Part shown: piece by piece, positions 9,497 to 18,899 of the stretch
How the letters are laid out: every line of letters starts with the position of its first letter
Position numbering within the stretch: position 1 is the stretch's first letter
From: an uncultured Chloroflexia bacterium
GTDB taxonomy: Bacteria; Chloroflexota; Limnocylindria; Limnocylindrales; CSP1-4
Reading direction: 5' to 3'
Length of the DNA stretch: 64,000 nt
NCBI GenBank assembly: GCA_963819655.1
Contig: CAWFXA010000001.1
Coordinates: forward strand, 588,481 to 652,480
Notes under the pieces: model-generated
What the model saw: only the letters and a program-made list of their open reading frames with translations
Told to the model about the DNA's origin: nothing
Database searches by the model: none
Position numbers and translations under genes: made by a program

Positions 9497-11845
9497 TCAC
9501 TGGCGAGCCAGTGCCACGCGGATCTCGGCCTCATGGTCGACCACGTGCTCCCCGGAGACGTCGTAGACGACCCTGTCGATGGTCCCGTTGAATGCGAAGG
9601 GTGCGGGATAGGCGTCGGTCACTGGGGCGCCGCCATCCAGCCCGATGCTGATGCCGGAGGCGAGGCCCATCGTCAACGGGATCGTGACTGGCAGCTCGCC
9701 TGATCCGATCTGTTTTCCATCGACGAACAGCAGCGCCTTGCCCGGGGCGCCCTTGCCCTTGAGTGGTTCTGGTTTGCCGGTGGGCTGGAACTCGAAGCTC
9801 AGGGCGTGGTTGCCGGTCGGGACATCGCTATCGCTCTCGATGTGGAAGACCTGGTCTGCGACGTAGTTGTATGTGTACCGCAGCTTGCCGTCCTTGATGT
9901 AGAGCGAGAAGCCGCCGTCCACGCCGCCCTGGCTGACGAGCACCCCCTGTGCGCCGTCCGGCAGGTTGGCGAGGACAGTGATCGTGTGCGGCCGGTTGAG
10001 CAAACGCGGTGCTGCCGCGGCCGGGACCTCCTGCGTTCCCGGGTAGTAGCGATACCGACTGCGCTCCTTGGCGATCGTCGGCCGCTCCTCGGCGAACCGC
10101 TGCTGCCCCCGCCCGTCCACCGGCAACACGTTGTACTTGCCGGCTTCGACGTACCACAGGGCGATCATCTCGATGAGCTTGGATCGATTCTCCTTGGCGA
10201 GATCGTGGTTCTCCGCGAAATCCTCGGCCACGTGGTAAAGCTCCCATCCCGTGGCGTCGAGCTCGGTCAGGGTCTCGGCCGGCAGCGGCGTTCCGAATGG
10301 GAGACCTTCCGCGAACGACGTACCAGGCCACGGGCAGACCGCCCGCCAGCCGTCGTGGTAGATGGACCGGTGGCCGATCATCTCGAAGTACTGGACGATG
10401 TGCTTCGAGGGCGCCTTGGCGTCGTCGAACGTGTCGGCCATGCTGACGCCCTCGATCGGCGACTGGCTCACCCCGCGGATGGAGGCCGGTGGCTCGATGC
10501 CGAGGGCGTCGAGGACGGTCGGCACCATGTCGATGGCGTGGGCGTACTGCTCGCGGATCTCGCCGCGGGCCTCGATGCCATCGGGCCACGACACGATGAA
10601 CGGATCGCTGATCCCGCCACGGTAGGTCTCGCGCTTCCAACGCCGGAACGGGGTGTTGCCCGCGAAGGTCCAGCCCCACGGATAGTGGTTGAAAAACCTC
10701 GGACCTCCGATGTCGTCGATCGCGGCGAGGTTTTGCTCAAGTGAATCCTGGACGAAGTTGAAGAACTTGTTCTCGTTGACCGACCCCGCCGGTCCGCCCT
10801 CGGACGACGCGCCGTTGTCCGAGATCAGCATCACGAGGGTGTTGTCGAGCTCGCCAAGGTCCTTGATGAACGCGAGCAACCGGCCGATGTGATGGTCGGC
10901 ATGCTCGAGAAAGCCCGCGAAGACCTCCATCATCCGGGCGTACAGCCGGCGCTCGTCCGGTGATAGGGAATCCCAGTCCTGGACGTCCGGGTCGTGGCGG
11001 GACAGCTCGGCATCCTTGGGGACGAGTCCGAGCTCCTTCTGGCGCGCGAAGGTCCGCTCCCGATAGGCGTCCCATCCATCGTCGAAGACGCCCTTGTACT
11101 TGTCTGCCCACTCCCTCGGGACGTGGTGCGGGGCGTGCTGCGCCCCGGTCGCGAAGTACATGAAGAACGGCTTGTCCGGGGCCACCTGCTTGCCGTCGGC
11201 GATGAAGGAGATCGCCTTGTCGACCAGGTCCTCGGTGAGGTGGTAGCCCTCCTCCGGCGACTTCTCCGGCTCGACCCGATGGTTGTCGTATGTCAGTTCC
11301 GGGTAGTACTGGTGCGTATCGCCGCCGAGGAAGCCGTAATAGCGCTCGAAGCCGCGGCCGAGTGGCCATCGGGTGTACGGCCCGGCGGCCGTGACCTGGT
11401 CCGCCGGGGTCAGGTGCCATTTCCCGATGGCGTACGTGTTGTAGCCCTCACCGCCAAGGATCTCGGACAGGAAGCCGTTCTCCATCGGGATGTAGCCGTC
11501 GTATCCAGGGAAGCCGGTGGACACCTCGGTGATCGCGGCCATGTGGTTCGAATGGTGGTTTCGACCGGTGAGAATGCACGACCGGCTTGGCGAGCAGAGG
11601 GCGGTCGTGTGCATGTTCTGGTAGCGCACGCCATCGGCTGCGAGAGCGTCGATGTTCGGTGTGTTGATGGGGCTGCCGTAGCAGCCGAGCTGCCCATAGC
11701 CGGTGTCGTCGATGACGATGAACAGGACGTTCGGGGTACCCTCGCTCGCGCGCTGCGGTTCGGGCCAGGCCTGCGTCGACTGATCGAACGTCCGCCCGAC
11801 GACACCCGGAAATGCGGTCCCGGGTCGGTATTCCTTGAGCGGCAT
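9497..11845 (-). CDS. Arylsulfatase (Cys-type, cytoplasmic, C-terminal LamG-like domain)
   Basis: PNVLFIVIDDTGYG, CSPSRSCILTGR (CxPxR formylglycine motif), GKWHL, SDNG; GGAGGG before ATG 11845; no signal peptide. Confidence 0.92.
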   Translation of the reverse strand: MPLKEYRPGTAFPGVVGRTFDQSTQAWPEPQRASEGTPNVLFIVIDDTGYGQLGCYGSPINTPNIDALAADGVRYQNMHTTALCSPSRSCILTGRNHHSNHMAAITEVSTGFPGYDGYIPMENGFLSEILGGEGYNTYAIGKWHLTPADQVTAAGPYTRWPLGRGFERYYGFLGGDTHQYYPELTYDNHRVEPEKSPEEGYHLTEDLVDKAISFIADGKQVAPDKPFFMYFATGAQHAPHHVPREWADKYKGVFDDGWDAYRERTFARQKELGLVPKDAELSRHDPDVQDWDSLSPDERRLYARMMEVFAGFLEHADHHIGRLLAFIKDLGELDNTLVMLISDNGASSEGGPAGSVNENKFFNFVQDSLEQNLAAIDDIGGPRFFNHYPWGWTFAGNTPFRRWKRETYRGGISDPFIVSWPDGIEARGEIREQYAHAIDMVPTVLDALGIEPPASIRGVSQSPIEGVSMADTFDDAKAPSKHIVQYFEMIGHRSIYHDGWRAVCPWPGTSFAEGLPFGTPLPAETLTELDATGWELYHVAEDFAENHDLAKENRSKLIEMIALWYVEAGKYNVLPVDGRGQQRFAEERPTIAKERSRYRYYPGTQEVPAAAAPRLLNRPHTITVLANLPDGAQGVLVSQGGVDGGFSLYIKDGKLRYTYNYVADQVFHIESDSDVPTGNHALSFEFQPTGKPEPLKGKGAPGKALLFVDGKQIGSGELPVTIPLTMGLASGISIGLDGGAPVTDAYPAPFAFNGTIDRVVYDVSGEHVVDHEAEIRVALARQ

Positions 11846-11947
11846 GGCGCGTATCCCTCCGGCGTGTCCGTGCACGTTGGCGCAAGCCACGAGCGGTTCA
11901 GGCGAGTCGTGTCACCCGAATTCCAACCCTCTCGGAGGCGTACCACA

Positions 11948-11964
11948 TCATCCGGTGGGGGTGA
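11948..11964. promoter_or_regulatory. Palindromic operator TCATCC-N5-GGGTGA
   Basis: ~103 nt upstream of arylsulfatase ATG. Confidence 0.65.
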
Positions 11965-11979
11965 ATGGACGCGCGAGGG

Positions 11980-13782
11980 TCAGCCCCGCAGCTCGCGCAC
12001 GTTATCGATGATCGCAAGGAGCGCGACACCCGCGATCGCCGCGACGATGAGCAGCGGCAGGAAGGCGATGCCCAGCGCGATCGCTCCGAGGATGGCGAGG
12101 AGGAGCGTTAGGCGCAGGACGAACTGGACGAGTCGGCGCCGGAACGCTGCCTCGAGCGCGACATAGCCGCCGATCGTCAGCAGCAGCGCGCCCCAGATCG
12201 GCACCAGCTCGAGATAGAGGAGGACCACCAGCACGATGAGGAGGACTCCGGCGCTGACTGCGGACCAGAACTCCACGATGCGGCCGTACTCCTGCTCTTC
12301 CCGGGGCTGCGGCCGATGGTCGTGGCGTAGGTGTGCGCGCGGGTCGCCAGCCTGGCCCCCTTCGGCTCGCGCGAGCGCCGCATGCGCCTCCTCCAGGTCA
12401 TCGGCGAGCGTGGCGTCGCGGAACCGCAGCGCGGCGAGTTCGGACTCGGCGACGCGGAGGGCGAGCTCGTCCTTGGTCGGGCCGGTCTCGGCTTCGGTCT
12501 CGGCGTTGCGGACCGGGAGCGCCGCGAACGCACGACGGACGTCGACGGCCCTGGCGTCGGCCTGGTTGCCGTTGGCGACGCGTTCGGCTTCGAGTGTCGC
12601 GATGCGTTCGCGCAGGGCCGCTGGCACGCGATGCGGCGGTGGGGACTTGTCCAGGCCGAGGAACCCGAGGGGATCGTTCCAGGACTGCCGCGCCGTGGCG
12701 CTCCGCGTGTACTTCGGTCCGGCGGGAGCGCGCTCGCCGGCAAAGCGGTCTCTCGTGTCGAGCCCCCACAGTCCGCGGAAGCCGTCGATCCAGCCCGTCG
12801 TCCCATCCACGACGATCGGCGTCCAGCTGACATCGCCGCCCGGTCCGATGACCAGCCCGTCCCCCCGCGCGTAGTCGATGAACGGGATGCTCAGGGCCGT
12901 CTCGACGCTCGCCGCCAGATCACCAGGGTCGTCCTGCCGCAGGACATCGCGCCACAGCCGACGGAGTCCTTCGAGGAAGCCGCGAACCGGGCGCATGGCG
13001 GGGAGCGGGACAGGGGTCACGTATTCCCCGGGTTCGAAGTAGGAGGCATGCGACCCGGCGCCGGCGAAGATCACCGGATGGCCTTCGACGAACGACAGGG
13101 TCGGGTCGTCCCAGCGCCGCCGCAGATCGTCCCCGGCGTAGTCGTGCGCCGCACAGCCGAACCAGCGAGGGATCGGCTCGCCGCTGCCGGCGTCCTCGAG
13201 GACGACGAACGCCTGCTCGAGGTCGGCTTCGTGGTCGTTGGCGCCGAAGAAGGAGGACCGCCAGTCGTTCATGCAGTACACGAACAGGTAGTGGAGGACG
13301 ATCCAGCCGTCGGCACGCACGACACGGCCGTGATACACGACGCGCTGGTCGGCCTGGCGGATCGTCGCGTAGCGCTGGGCCGCCGCCGCTGCGGTCCCGC
13401 CGGGCACGCTGCCGCGCACGAGCAATGATCCGGTGAAGCCCGCATCCACCAGTCGTGCAAAGAGACCTACCCGGGCCAGGCGCCCGGGCGCCCGAAAGAC
13501 CGGCCGATCCGCCCGACGATTCCAGCGCGCCAGCGACAGCCGATCCATGGGCCTGGGCACGAAACGCAGGTACCGCTCCTCGCCCGGCACGGGCCGTTCC
13601 GCGGCGAGGTGCTCCAACGTGAGCTCGCCTGCTGGGACCTCCACGTAGGGCCGTTCGCCCGCCACCGCCAGCAGGAGGTCGCAGGCGCGCACATAGGTCT
13701 CGGCGGCCATCGGGAAGAAATGCTCGCCTTCCGTGAACCGCACGACCGGCTCATGGCGTTGGAGCAGCGTCAGGTCATCCAT
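11980..13782 (-). CDS. Hypothetical protein: Vps62/NPP1-like N-terminal domain, coiled coil, C-terminal TM helices
   Basis: MDDLTLLQRHEPVVRF..E.FFPM, NDHEADLE, GSHASYF; start overlaps upstream stop (TGATG). Confidence 0.7.
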   Translation of the reverse strand: MDDLTLLQRHEPVVRFTEGEHFFPMAAETYVRACDLLLAVAGERPYVEVPAGELTLEHLAAERPVPGEERYLRFVPRPMDRLSLARWNRRADRPVFRAPGRLARVGLFARLVDAGFTGSLLVRGSVPGGTAAAAAQRYATIRQADQRVVYHGRVVRADGWIVLHYLFVYCMNDWRSSFFGANDHEADLEQAFVVLEDAGSGEPIPRWFGCAAHDYAGDDLRRRWDDPTLSFVEGHPVIFAGAGSHASYFEPGEYVTPVPLPAMRPVRGFLEGLRRLWRDVLRQDDPGDLAASVETALSIPFIDYARGDGLVIGPGGDVSWTPIVVDGTTGWIDGFRGLWGLDTRDRFAGERAPAGPKYTRSATARQSWNDPLGFLGLDKSPPPHRVPAALRERIATLEAERVANGNQADARAVDVRRAFAALPVRNAETEAETGPTKDELALRVAESELAALRFRDATLADDLEEAHAALARAEGGQAGDPRAHLRHDHRPQPREEQEYGRIVEFWSAVSAGVLLIVLVVLLYLELVPIWGALLLTIGGYVALEAAFRRRLVQFVLRLTLLLAILGAIALGIAFLPLLIVAAIAGVALLAIIDNVRELRG

Positions 13783-14237
13783 CAGCGGTACGTCGGCTCG
13801 CCGTCGAGGTGTTGGCCGGCGATCGCCCGGACGGAGCGCTGGTTGAGATAGAACGCGCTCACGACCAGCAACAGGAGCCCGAGATGATCGGGCTGCCCGA
13901 TCGATAACCTGACAAGCTCGGCGCCAAGCCCGAGACCGACGAGGATCATGGTCAGCACCCACCCCCAGCGACGGAAGGCGAGCAGGCCGACGACGCCCAG
14001 GATCGTGGCGCCAGCGATGGCGAGCTCGACGGTTTGGGTCAGGACCGGGGAGCTGGCAAGGATCGGGAGGCCCTCGACCGGCAGGGTCCCGACGCCGAGG
14101 GCGATCGCGGCGAGCGTGACCGCGTCGAAGATCCGCAGGGCCGCGACGACCAACATCCCGAATGGCCAGCGCCCGATCCGGAACGCAGGCTCGAACGACT
14201 CGGGGTCGCGCACACCATCCGCCCGATCCAGGGTCAC
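13782..14237 (-). CDS. Hypothetical membrane protein
   Basis: Four TM segments (GLLAFRRWGWVLTM..FYLNQRSVR); start uncertain. Confidence 0.65.
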   Translation of the reverse strand: MTLDRADGVRDPESFEPAFRIGRWPFGMLVVAALRIFDAVTLAAIALGVGTLPVEGLPILASSPVLTQTVELAIAGATILGVVGLLAFRRWGWVLTMILVGLGLGAELVRLSIGQPDHLGLLLLVVSAFYLNQRSVRAIAGQHLDGEPTYR

Positions 14238-14317
14238 GGGGCGCGCTGCCGGAGGCGAACAGGGTGCGTCGTGCGCATCACGCAACGATGGTACGCGGGG
14301 CTGATATGCCCGACGCA

Positions 14318-14334
14318 TCCTCCGCTGCGGGTGA
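14318..14334. promoter_or_regulatory. Palindromic operator TCCTCC-N5-GGGTGA in divergent promoter
   Basis: Same motif, about 80 nt from both divergent starts. Confidence 0.5.
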
Positions 14335-14411
14335 TGCTCGACGATGCACGGCGGGTACAGTGACGTTTCCGCATGATCGCTCTGCGGCGCGGAACCTAGG
14401 AGGATGATCCC

Positions 14412-15194
14412 GTGGCCAAGGCTACCGGCCCCGCGCCTGCACTGACGGGCGCTCAGCTCTCGGAGCTGCTCGGGCTTATCAAGGGCGCTGACACCGTGGA
14501 GCTGAAGCTCACGGTCCCCGAATCCGACCACCGCTCCGCGGCGGCCTCGCTCGACCTGGATGTGTTGGAATCCCAGATCCGCCAGGTCGTGTTCTTCGAC
14601 ACCCCGGATCTCACGCTGAGCCGGAACGGCATCGTCGTTCGCGCACGACGGGTCCAGGGCAAGGGCGACGACTCGGTCGTGAAGCTGCGGCCGGTGGTTC
14701 CCAGCGAGCTCTCCCCGAAACTTCGCAAGTCGCCGAACTTCGGCGTCGAAGTCGATGCCATGCCGGGTGGGTTCGTGTGCTCGGCATCACTCAAGGCGCA
14801 ATGGGGCGCAGGCTCCGTGAAGCCCGTCCTTGCTGGCGTGCGGTCGATCCGCAAGGTGTTCTCGCGCGAGCAACGTGACTTCTTCGCAGCGAACACTCCC
14901 AAGGGCCCCACCCTGGACGATCTCGTGGCGCTGGGTCCCATCAATGTCCTGAAGTTGAGATTCGTCCCAAAGGCCTTTCCGCGACGGATGGTCGCGGAAC
15001 TGTGGTTCTACCCGAACGGGTCACGCATCCTCGAACTCTCGACGAAGTGCCAGCCCGGAGAAGCGTTCCAGGTCGCGGCCGAGGCGCGGGCGTTCCTCTC
15101 TGAAAGCGGTGTGGACCTCACCGGTCAGCAGGAGACCAAGACGCGGACGGCGCTCGAGCATTTCTCCAAGGTGCTTCGAAGCAGCCCTGCATGA
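14412..15194 (+). CDS. CYTH-like (triphosphate tunnel metalloenzyme) protein
   Basis: TVELKL, FFDTPDLTLSRNGIVVRARR, VVKLRP, LELSTK; AGGAGG RBS. Confidence 0.7.
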   Translation: MAKATGPAPALTGAQLSELLGLIKGADTVELKLTVPESDHRSAAASLDLDVLESQIRQVVFFDTPDLTLSRNGIVVRARRVQGKGDDSVVKLRPVVPSELSPKLRKSPNFGVEVDAMPGGFVCSASLKAQWGAGSVKPVLAGVRSIRKVFSREQRDFFAANTPKGPTLDDLVALGPINVLKLRFVPKAFPRRMVAELWFYPNGSRILELSTKCQPGEAFQVAAEARAFLSESGVDLTGQQETKTRTALEHFSKVLRSSPA

Positions 15195-15544
15195 CCGCCC
15201 GACCCGCGGCAGCGGCGGGATCCGGCGGCAGCGGCCGCTGATTCGCGATCCTCATCCTGGCGTCCGCCCAGTTCGTGATGGTGCTGGACAGCAGCGTCAT
15301 GAACGTCGCGATCTCACAGATCGTGGCCGACCTCGATACCACGATCCAGGGTGTCCAGCTGGCGATCACCCTCTACACCCTGGTGATGGCCGCGTTCATA
15401 CTGGTCGGCGCCAAGATCGGCGACATCTGGGGACGCGACCGGGCTTTCGCGCTCGGTGCGGTCGCCCTCTTCGCGACGCTCGGGCTGTGGTTCACGCGCC
15501 GGCTGCCGACCGGGCCGCCCGAAGGGGCGATGTCGACGGCCTGA
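15191..15544 (+). pseudogene. Degenerate DHA2-type MFS transporter
   Basis: In-frame TGA at 15239-15241 (GR*FAILILASAQFVMVLDSSVMNVA); N-terminal MFS motif GAKIGDIWGR joined directly to a C-terminal-like helix (large deletion). Confidence 0.8.
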
Positions 15545-15593
15545 CCGCCGGCCGCCGCCACGAACGCGCGGTCTCGTGGGGACAATAGGGGGC

Positions 15594-16094
15594 ATGCTGG
15601 GTCAACCTGCCGACCCCGTCGAGCGCGCCTCGTGGATGAGCGAACTCGTCTACGGGACCCTCACGGTGTTGATCGCGATCGCGGGCATCGAGGTGGCCGG
15701 TGGGGCGAGCCCAACGGGTGCAGGGGTGATCATCCTTGTCGGTGCGGGGGCGACATGGTTCGCGCACGCCTACGCGGGCCTGCTGGGTCGGCGTGCCGCC
15801 CATGGACATCCGGCATCGCCCGCGCAGATCCGTCACGCGCTGCGACATGCCTGGCCGATCGTGCTCGCCGCGTTCCCGTCCGTCCTTGCGTTCGGCGGGG
15901 CGTCACTCGGCCTGTGGTCATCGGGAGTGGCGATGGGCTTCTCGAATAGCGCCGGGATCGCGGTGCTCGCGGGAGTGGGGTACCTGGCGGGGCAGGCGGC
16001 CGGCGAGGATCTGCGTGGCAAGGTCAGCTCGACCGTGCTGACGGCATCGATCGGCATCGCGATCGTCGTCGTGGAGCTCCTGCTTCATCTCTGA
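15594..16094 (+). CDS. Hypothetical membrane protein (VIT1/CCC1-like)
   Basis: ELVYGTLTVL, WFAHAYA, five TM segments. Confidence 0.65.
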   Translation: MLGQPADPVERASWMSELVYGTLTVLIAIAGIEVAGGASPTGAGVIILVGAGATWFAHAYAGLLGRRAAHGHPASPAQIRHALRHAWPIVLAAFPSVLAFGGASLGLWSSGVAMGFSNSAGIAVLAGVGYLAGQAAGEDLRGKVSSTVLTASIGIAIVVVELLLHL

Positions 16095-17598
16095 GCGGGG
16101 CCGAATCGATCGGCCAGCAGCCCGTGGCGAAGGCCGCGGTCGCTCACCGTCACGGATCCCTGTCCGAGCTTGTCCATGACCGTGCGGACGATGAGGGCGC
16201 CGGCGAGGATGACGTCGGCGCGCTTTGGTTGGAGACCGACGATCGACCGTCGTGCCTCGGCATCACGCGATCGATAGAGCTCGATCTGGCGGTCGATCTC
16301 CGACCGTTCGAGGACCGTGCCCTGGACGACGTCCGGATCGTAGACGGCGAGCATGTGCTTGACGGCAGTGATGTTCGTCACGGCACCGCCCATCGCCACG
16401 AGGGTGTCGGGAGCCTCGCGGTCGTCGAGGCTGGACAGGTCCCGAGCGATCGCTGCGAGCGCTTCGGCGATCACGGCCGGCGTGACCGAGGCGCCCAGGC
16501 CGAACCGCTCGGTGTACCGCACGGCTCCGACCGGAACGCTGAACCGCTCCTCGACGCGCCCGCCTCGGCCGAACGAGAACTGGCTGCTACCGCCACCGGT
16601 ATCGAAGACGACGAGGCGATCCTCGACAAGGCCCAGGGCGGTCCGGGCGGCCACATAGGCCAGTCGGCTCTCCTCCTCGCCGGGGATCACCTCGACCGTC
16701 AGACCGGTTCGATCCCGGAGGGCGGCCAGCGCGACAAAGCGATCGCTGGCCATCCGTAATCCCGCAGTGCCCACCGCGGCGATGGCAAGCGCGCCCAGCT
16801 CCTTCGCCTCATCGACCATGCCCGCGATCGCCTCCATCGTTCGCTCGACCGCTTCCGGCGCGAAGGTGCCGCCCGCGACCAGTCCCTCGCCGAGCCGGGT
16901 GACCTCAGCGCGGTCGACCACCGTGCGCCAGCCACCGTCGTCCCCGCGATCACCGACGAGGAACTTGACCGAGTTCGTGCCCACGTCGATCACCGCAAAG
17001 CGCGCCGGCCGATCCTCGAGCTGCGCCGCCAGCCCGCGCGGGTAGTTCGTGTTGACGTAGTCCCCGAGACCCACCTCGCGGATGGCCGCCACGACCGCGG
17101 CCGGGTCCTCAGCCTCGATGGCGATCGTCCTGGTCGGCCGACCGTCGGCGGTCACGTCGGAAAGGTCGGCCATGCATCCGCCGATCGTGAAGCGGACCCG
17201 CCGCTTGTGGACACGGACCGTGCGGACCCTGTCACTCGGTCCGACGAGCTCGTCGAGGAGCTGGTCGAGGGTGTAGGCCTCCCGCGTGAGGGACGCGGGG
17301 GCAGGTGCAGGGCCTCGAGCACCCGGCCCACGTCGGCCGCCGCGATCGGGAACCCGACCTTGAACACCGGCTCCCACCGTTCGAGCCCGTCCGCCGATAC
17401 CTCGCGGAGCGCTTTCACGTCCATGAGGTCGTCGCGCACCTTGACGACGTTGGCGGCCGACGCCTCGTCCCGCGACAGGAGGTACAGCTCGTCGCTGTCG
17501 TGGGGCTCACCCGGCGTCAGCACGGCGAAGGATGCCTCGGCTGCCCCGAAGTCGTTCCCGAAGGTCCGGAACTCCCAGCGCGGGATGATCGCGGTCAC
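16085..17598 (-). pseudogene. CYTH-like domain + Ppx/GppA phosphatase, frameshifted near 17300
   Basis: AVIDVGTNSVK, VTRLGEG, GTAGLR, EEESRL, DTGGGSSQ, GLRHG in ORF 16085..17377; N-terminus (PRWEFRTF) in ORF 17152..17598; one extra C in the C5 run at ~17297-17301 would join the frames (could be a sequencing error). Confidence 0.75.
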
Positions 17599-18242
17599 CG
17601 TTTGTGTCGAGGCCCCGTGGCGACGACGAGCAGCGTCCCAGCGCCGCGGGTCACCTGCGTGTTCATGAATGCCAGGTCGATGCGATCACCCAGGGCCGCG
17701 TCGGCGGGGACGGCATCGACCTGCTTCGGGACCGGGATACTCTCGCCGGTCAGCGCCGATTCGTCGATCTCGAGGGTGGCGGCGGTGAGGATCCGCGCGT
17801 CCGCAGGGACGAGGTCGCCGGCTTCGATGTTGACGATGTCGCCCGGCACGAGGTCGCCCATCGGCAACTCGACGAGGTCCCCATCGCGACGCACCTTCGC
17901 CTTGACGACCATCATCTTCTGGAGGGCGGCCACGCTCGCCGACGTCTTGCCCTCCCTGGCTGAGGCCCATCGCCGCGTTCAAGAGGGTCAGGGCGATGAG
18001 GACGCCCGCCGCCAGCAGGACGATCTGCATCGGGTCCTTGTACTGGCGGACGAACGCCTGCCAGCGCGGCTCCCTGGCGGCCTCGGCGAACTTGTTCGGC
18101 CAAAGCGCGCTGGCCGAGCGTCGGCATCCGCGGCGGTCAGTCCCGCAGCTGGTATGACGGCCATGCGTTCGATCGCATCGGCCGGGTCCAGGGCGTGCCA
18201 GTCGACCGCCGCGTCCATAGCGCCGGCACCGCTGTCAGTCAT
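17595..18242 (-). pseudogene. Cation-transporting P-type ATPase N-terminal remnant
   Basis: WHAL..GLT..FG/PNKF..QYKDPMQIVLL, LVPGDIV, GDLVPADARI, DESALTGES spread over three frames (shifts ~18101 and ~17957); truncated after VVATG, no DKTGT. Confidence 0.85.
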
Positions 18243-18389
18243 CGTGAGGCGCTCCTCCCCCGCTCGATGCTGCTGAGTGCCCGATCTCGACCGGTGACCG
18301 ACGGGCCCTGGTCGGCGTGTACCTACCCGTGACGTGGCGATCGGGTCGATCCCGATCGCCGCGTCCGGATTCGAAAACCGTCCCCGGTG

Positions 18390-18797
18390 TCAGGCAGCGC
18401 GGGCGGCGTCGGCCTTGCCGAAAGCTTCCCGAACCTCGCGCGAGTTGAGGTACCAGATGATGATCACGGGCATGATCGCGGCACTGAATCCTACGCCGCT
18501 GCCGGGTGCTTCGAGGAACCACAGGAACGCCTCGAACAGCGCCAGCCCCGCGACGATGATCGCGAACCCCCACGCCCAATCCCGGAGCGCCCAGAGGCCT
18601 GCCGCAGCCGCGATCCACGCGATTCCCGCCCCGATGGCGAGCCATGCCCACAGCCCGCTCTGCTCGAAGGCGGGAAGGTCGCCGAGGACCCCGAACCAGT
18701 CGAAACCAAGGAGCCGTAGGCCCAGATACAGCCAGTAGAAGCCGGCCAGGGCTCCGAAGAAACCGATGACCGAGATGAGGACCGGTGGGTTTCGCAT
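18390..18797 (-). CDS. Hypothetical four-TM membrane protein
   Basis: GLWALRDWAWGF..WYLNSREVREAF; GGAGGGAG RBS; resembles 13782..14237 in architecture. Confidence 0.75.
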   Translation of the reverse strand: MRNPPVLISVIGFFGALAGFYWLYLGLRLLGFDWFGVLGDLPAFEQSGLWAWLAIGAGIAWIAAAAGLWALRDWAWGFAIIVAGLALFEAFLWFLEAPGSGVGFSAAIMPVIIIWYLNSREVREAFGKADAARAA

Positions 18798-18899
18798 CTG
18801 ATATCTCCCTCCAACAGAGACGTGATGGACGACGGGAGCATATCCCCTGCGTTCGTCGGTGTGACGTCCTTTTTGGTGAGACGGGCCGATTCGTGCGCG

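Noticed and set aside
15239-15241. In-frame TGA as possible selenocysteine or recoding
   Set aside because: Context implies Trp (TGG to TGA) and the gene also has a large deletion; TGA is used as a normal stop throughout the window
18863-18879. Possible seventh operator copy (GACGTC-N5-TGGTGA) upstream of 18390..18797
   Set aside because: Left half matches the consensus poorly
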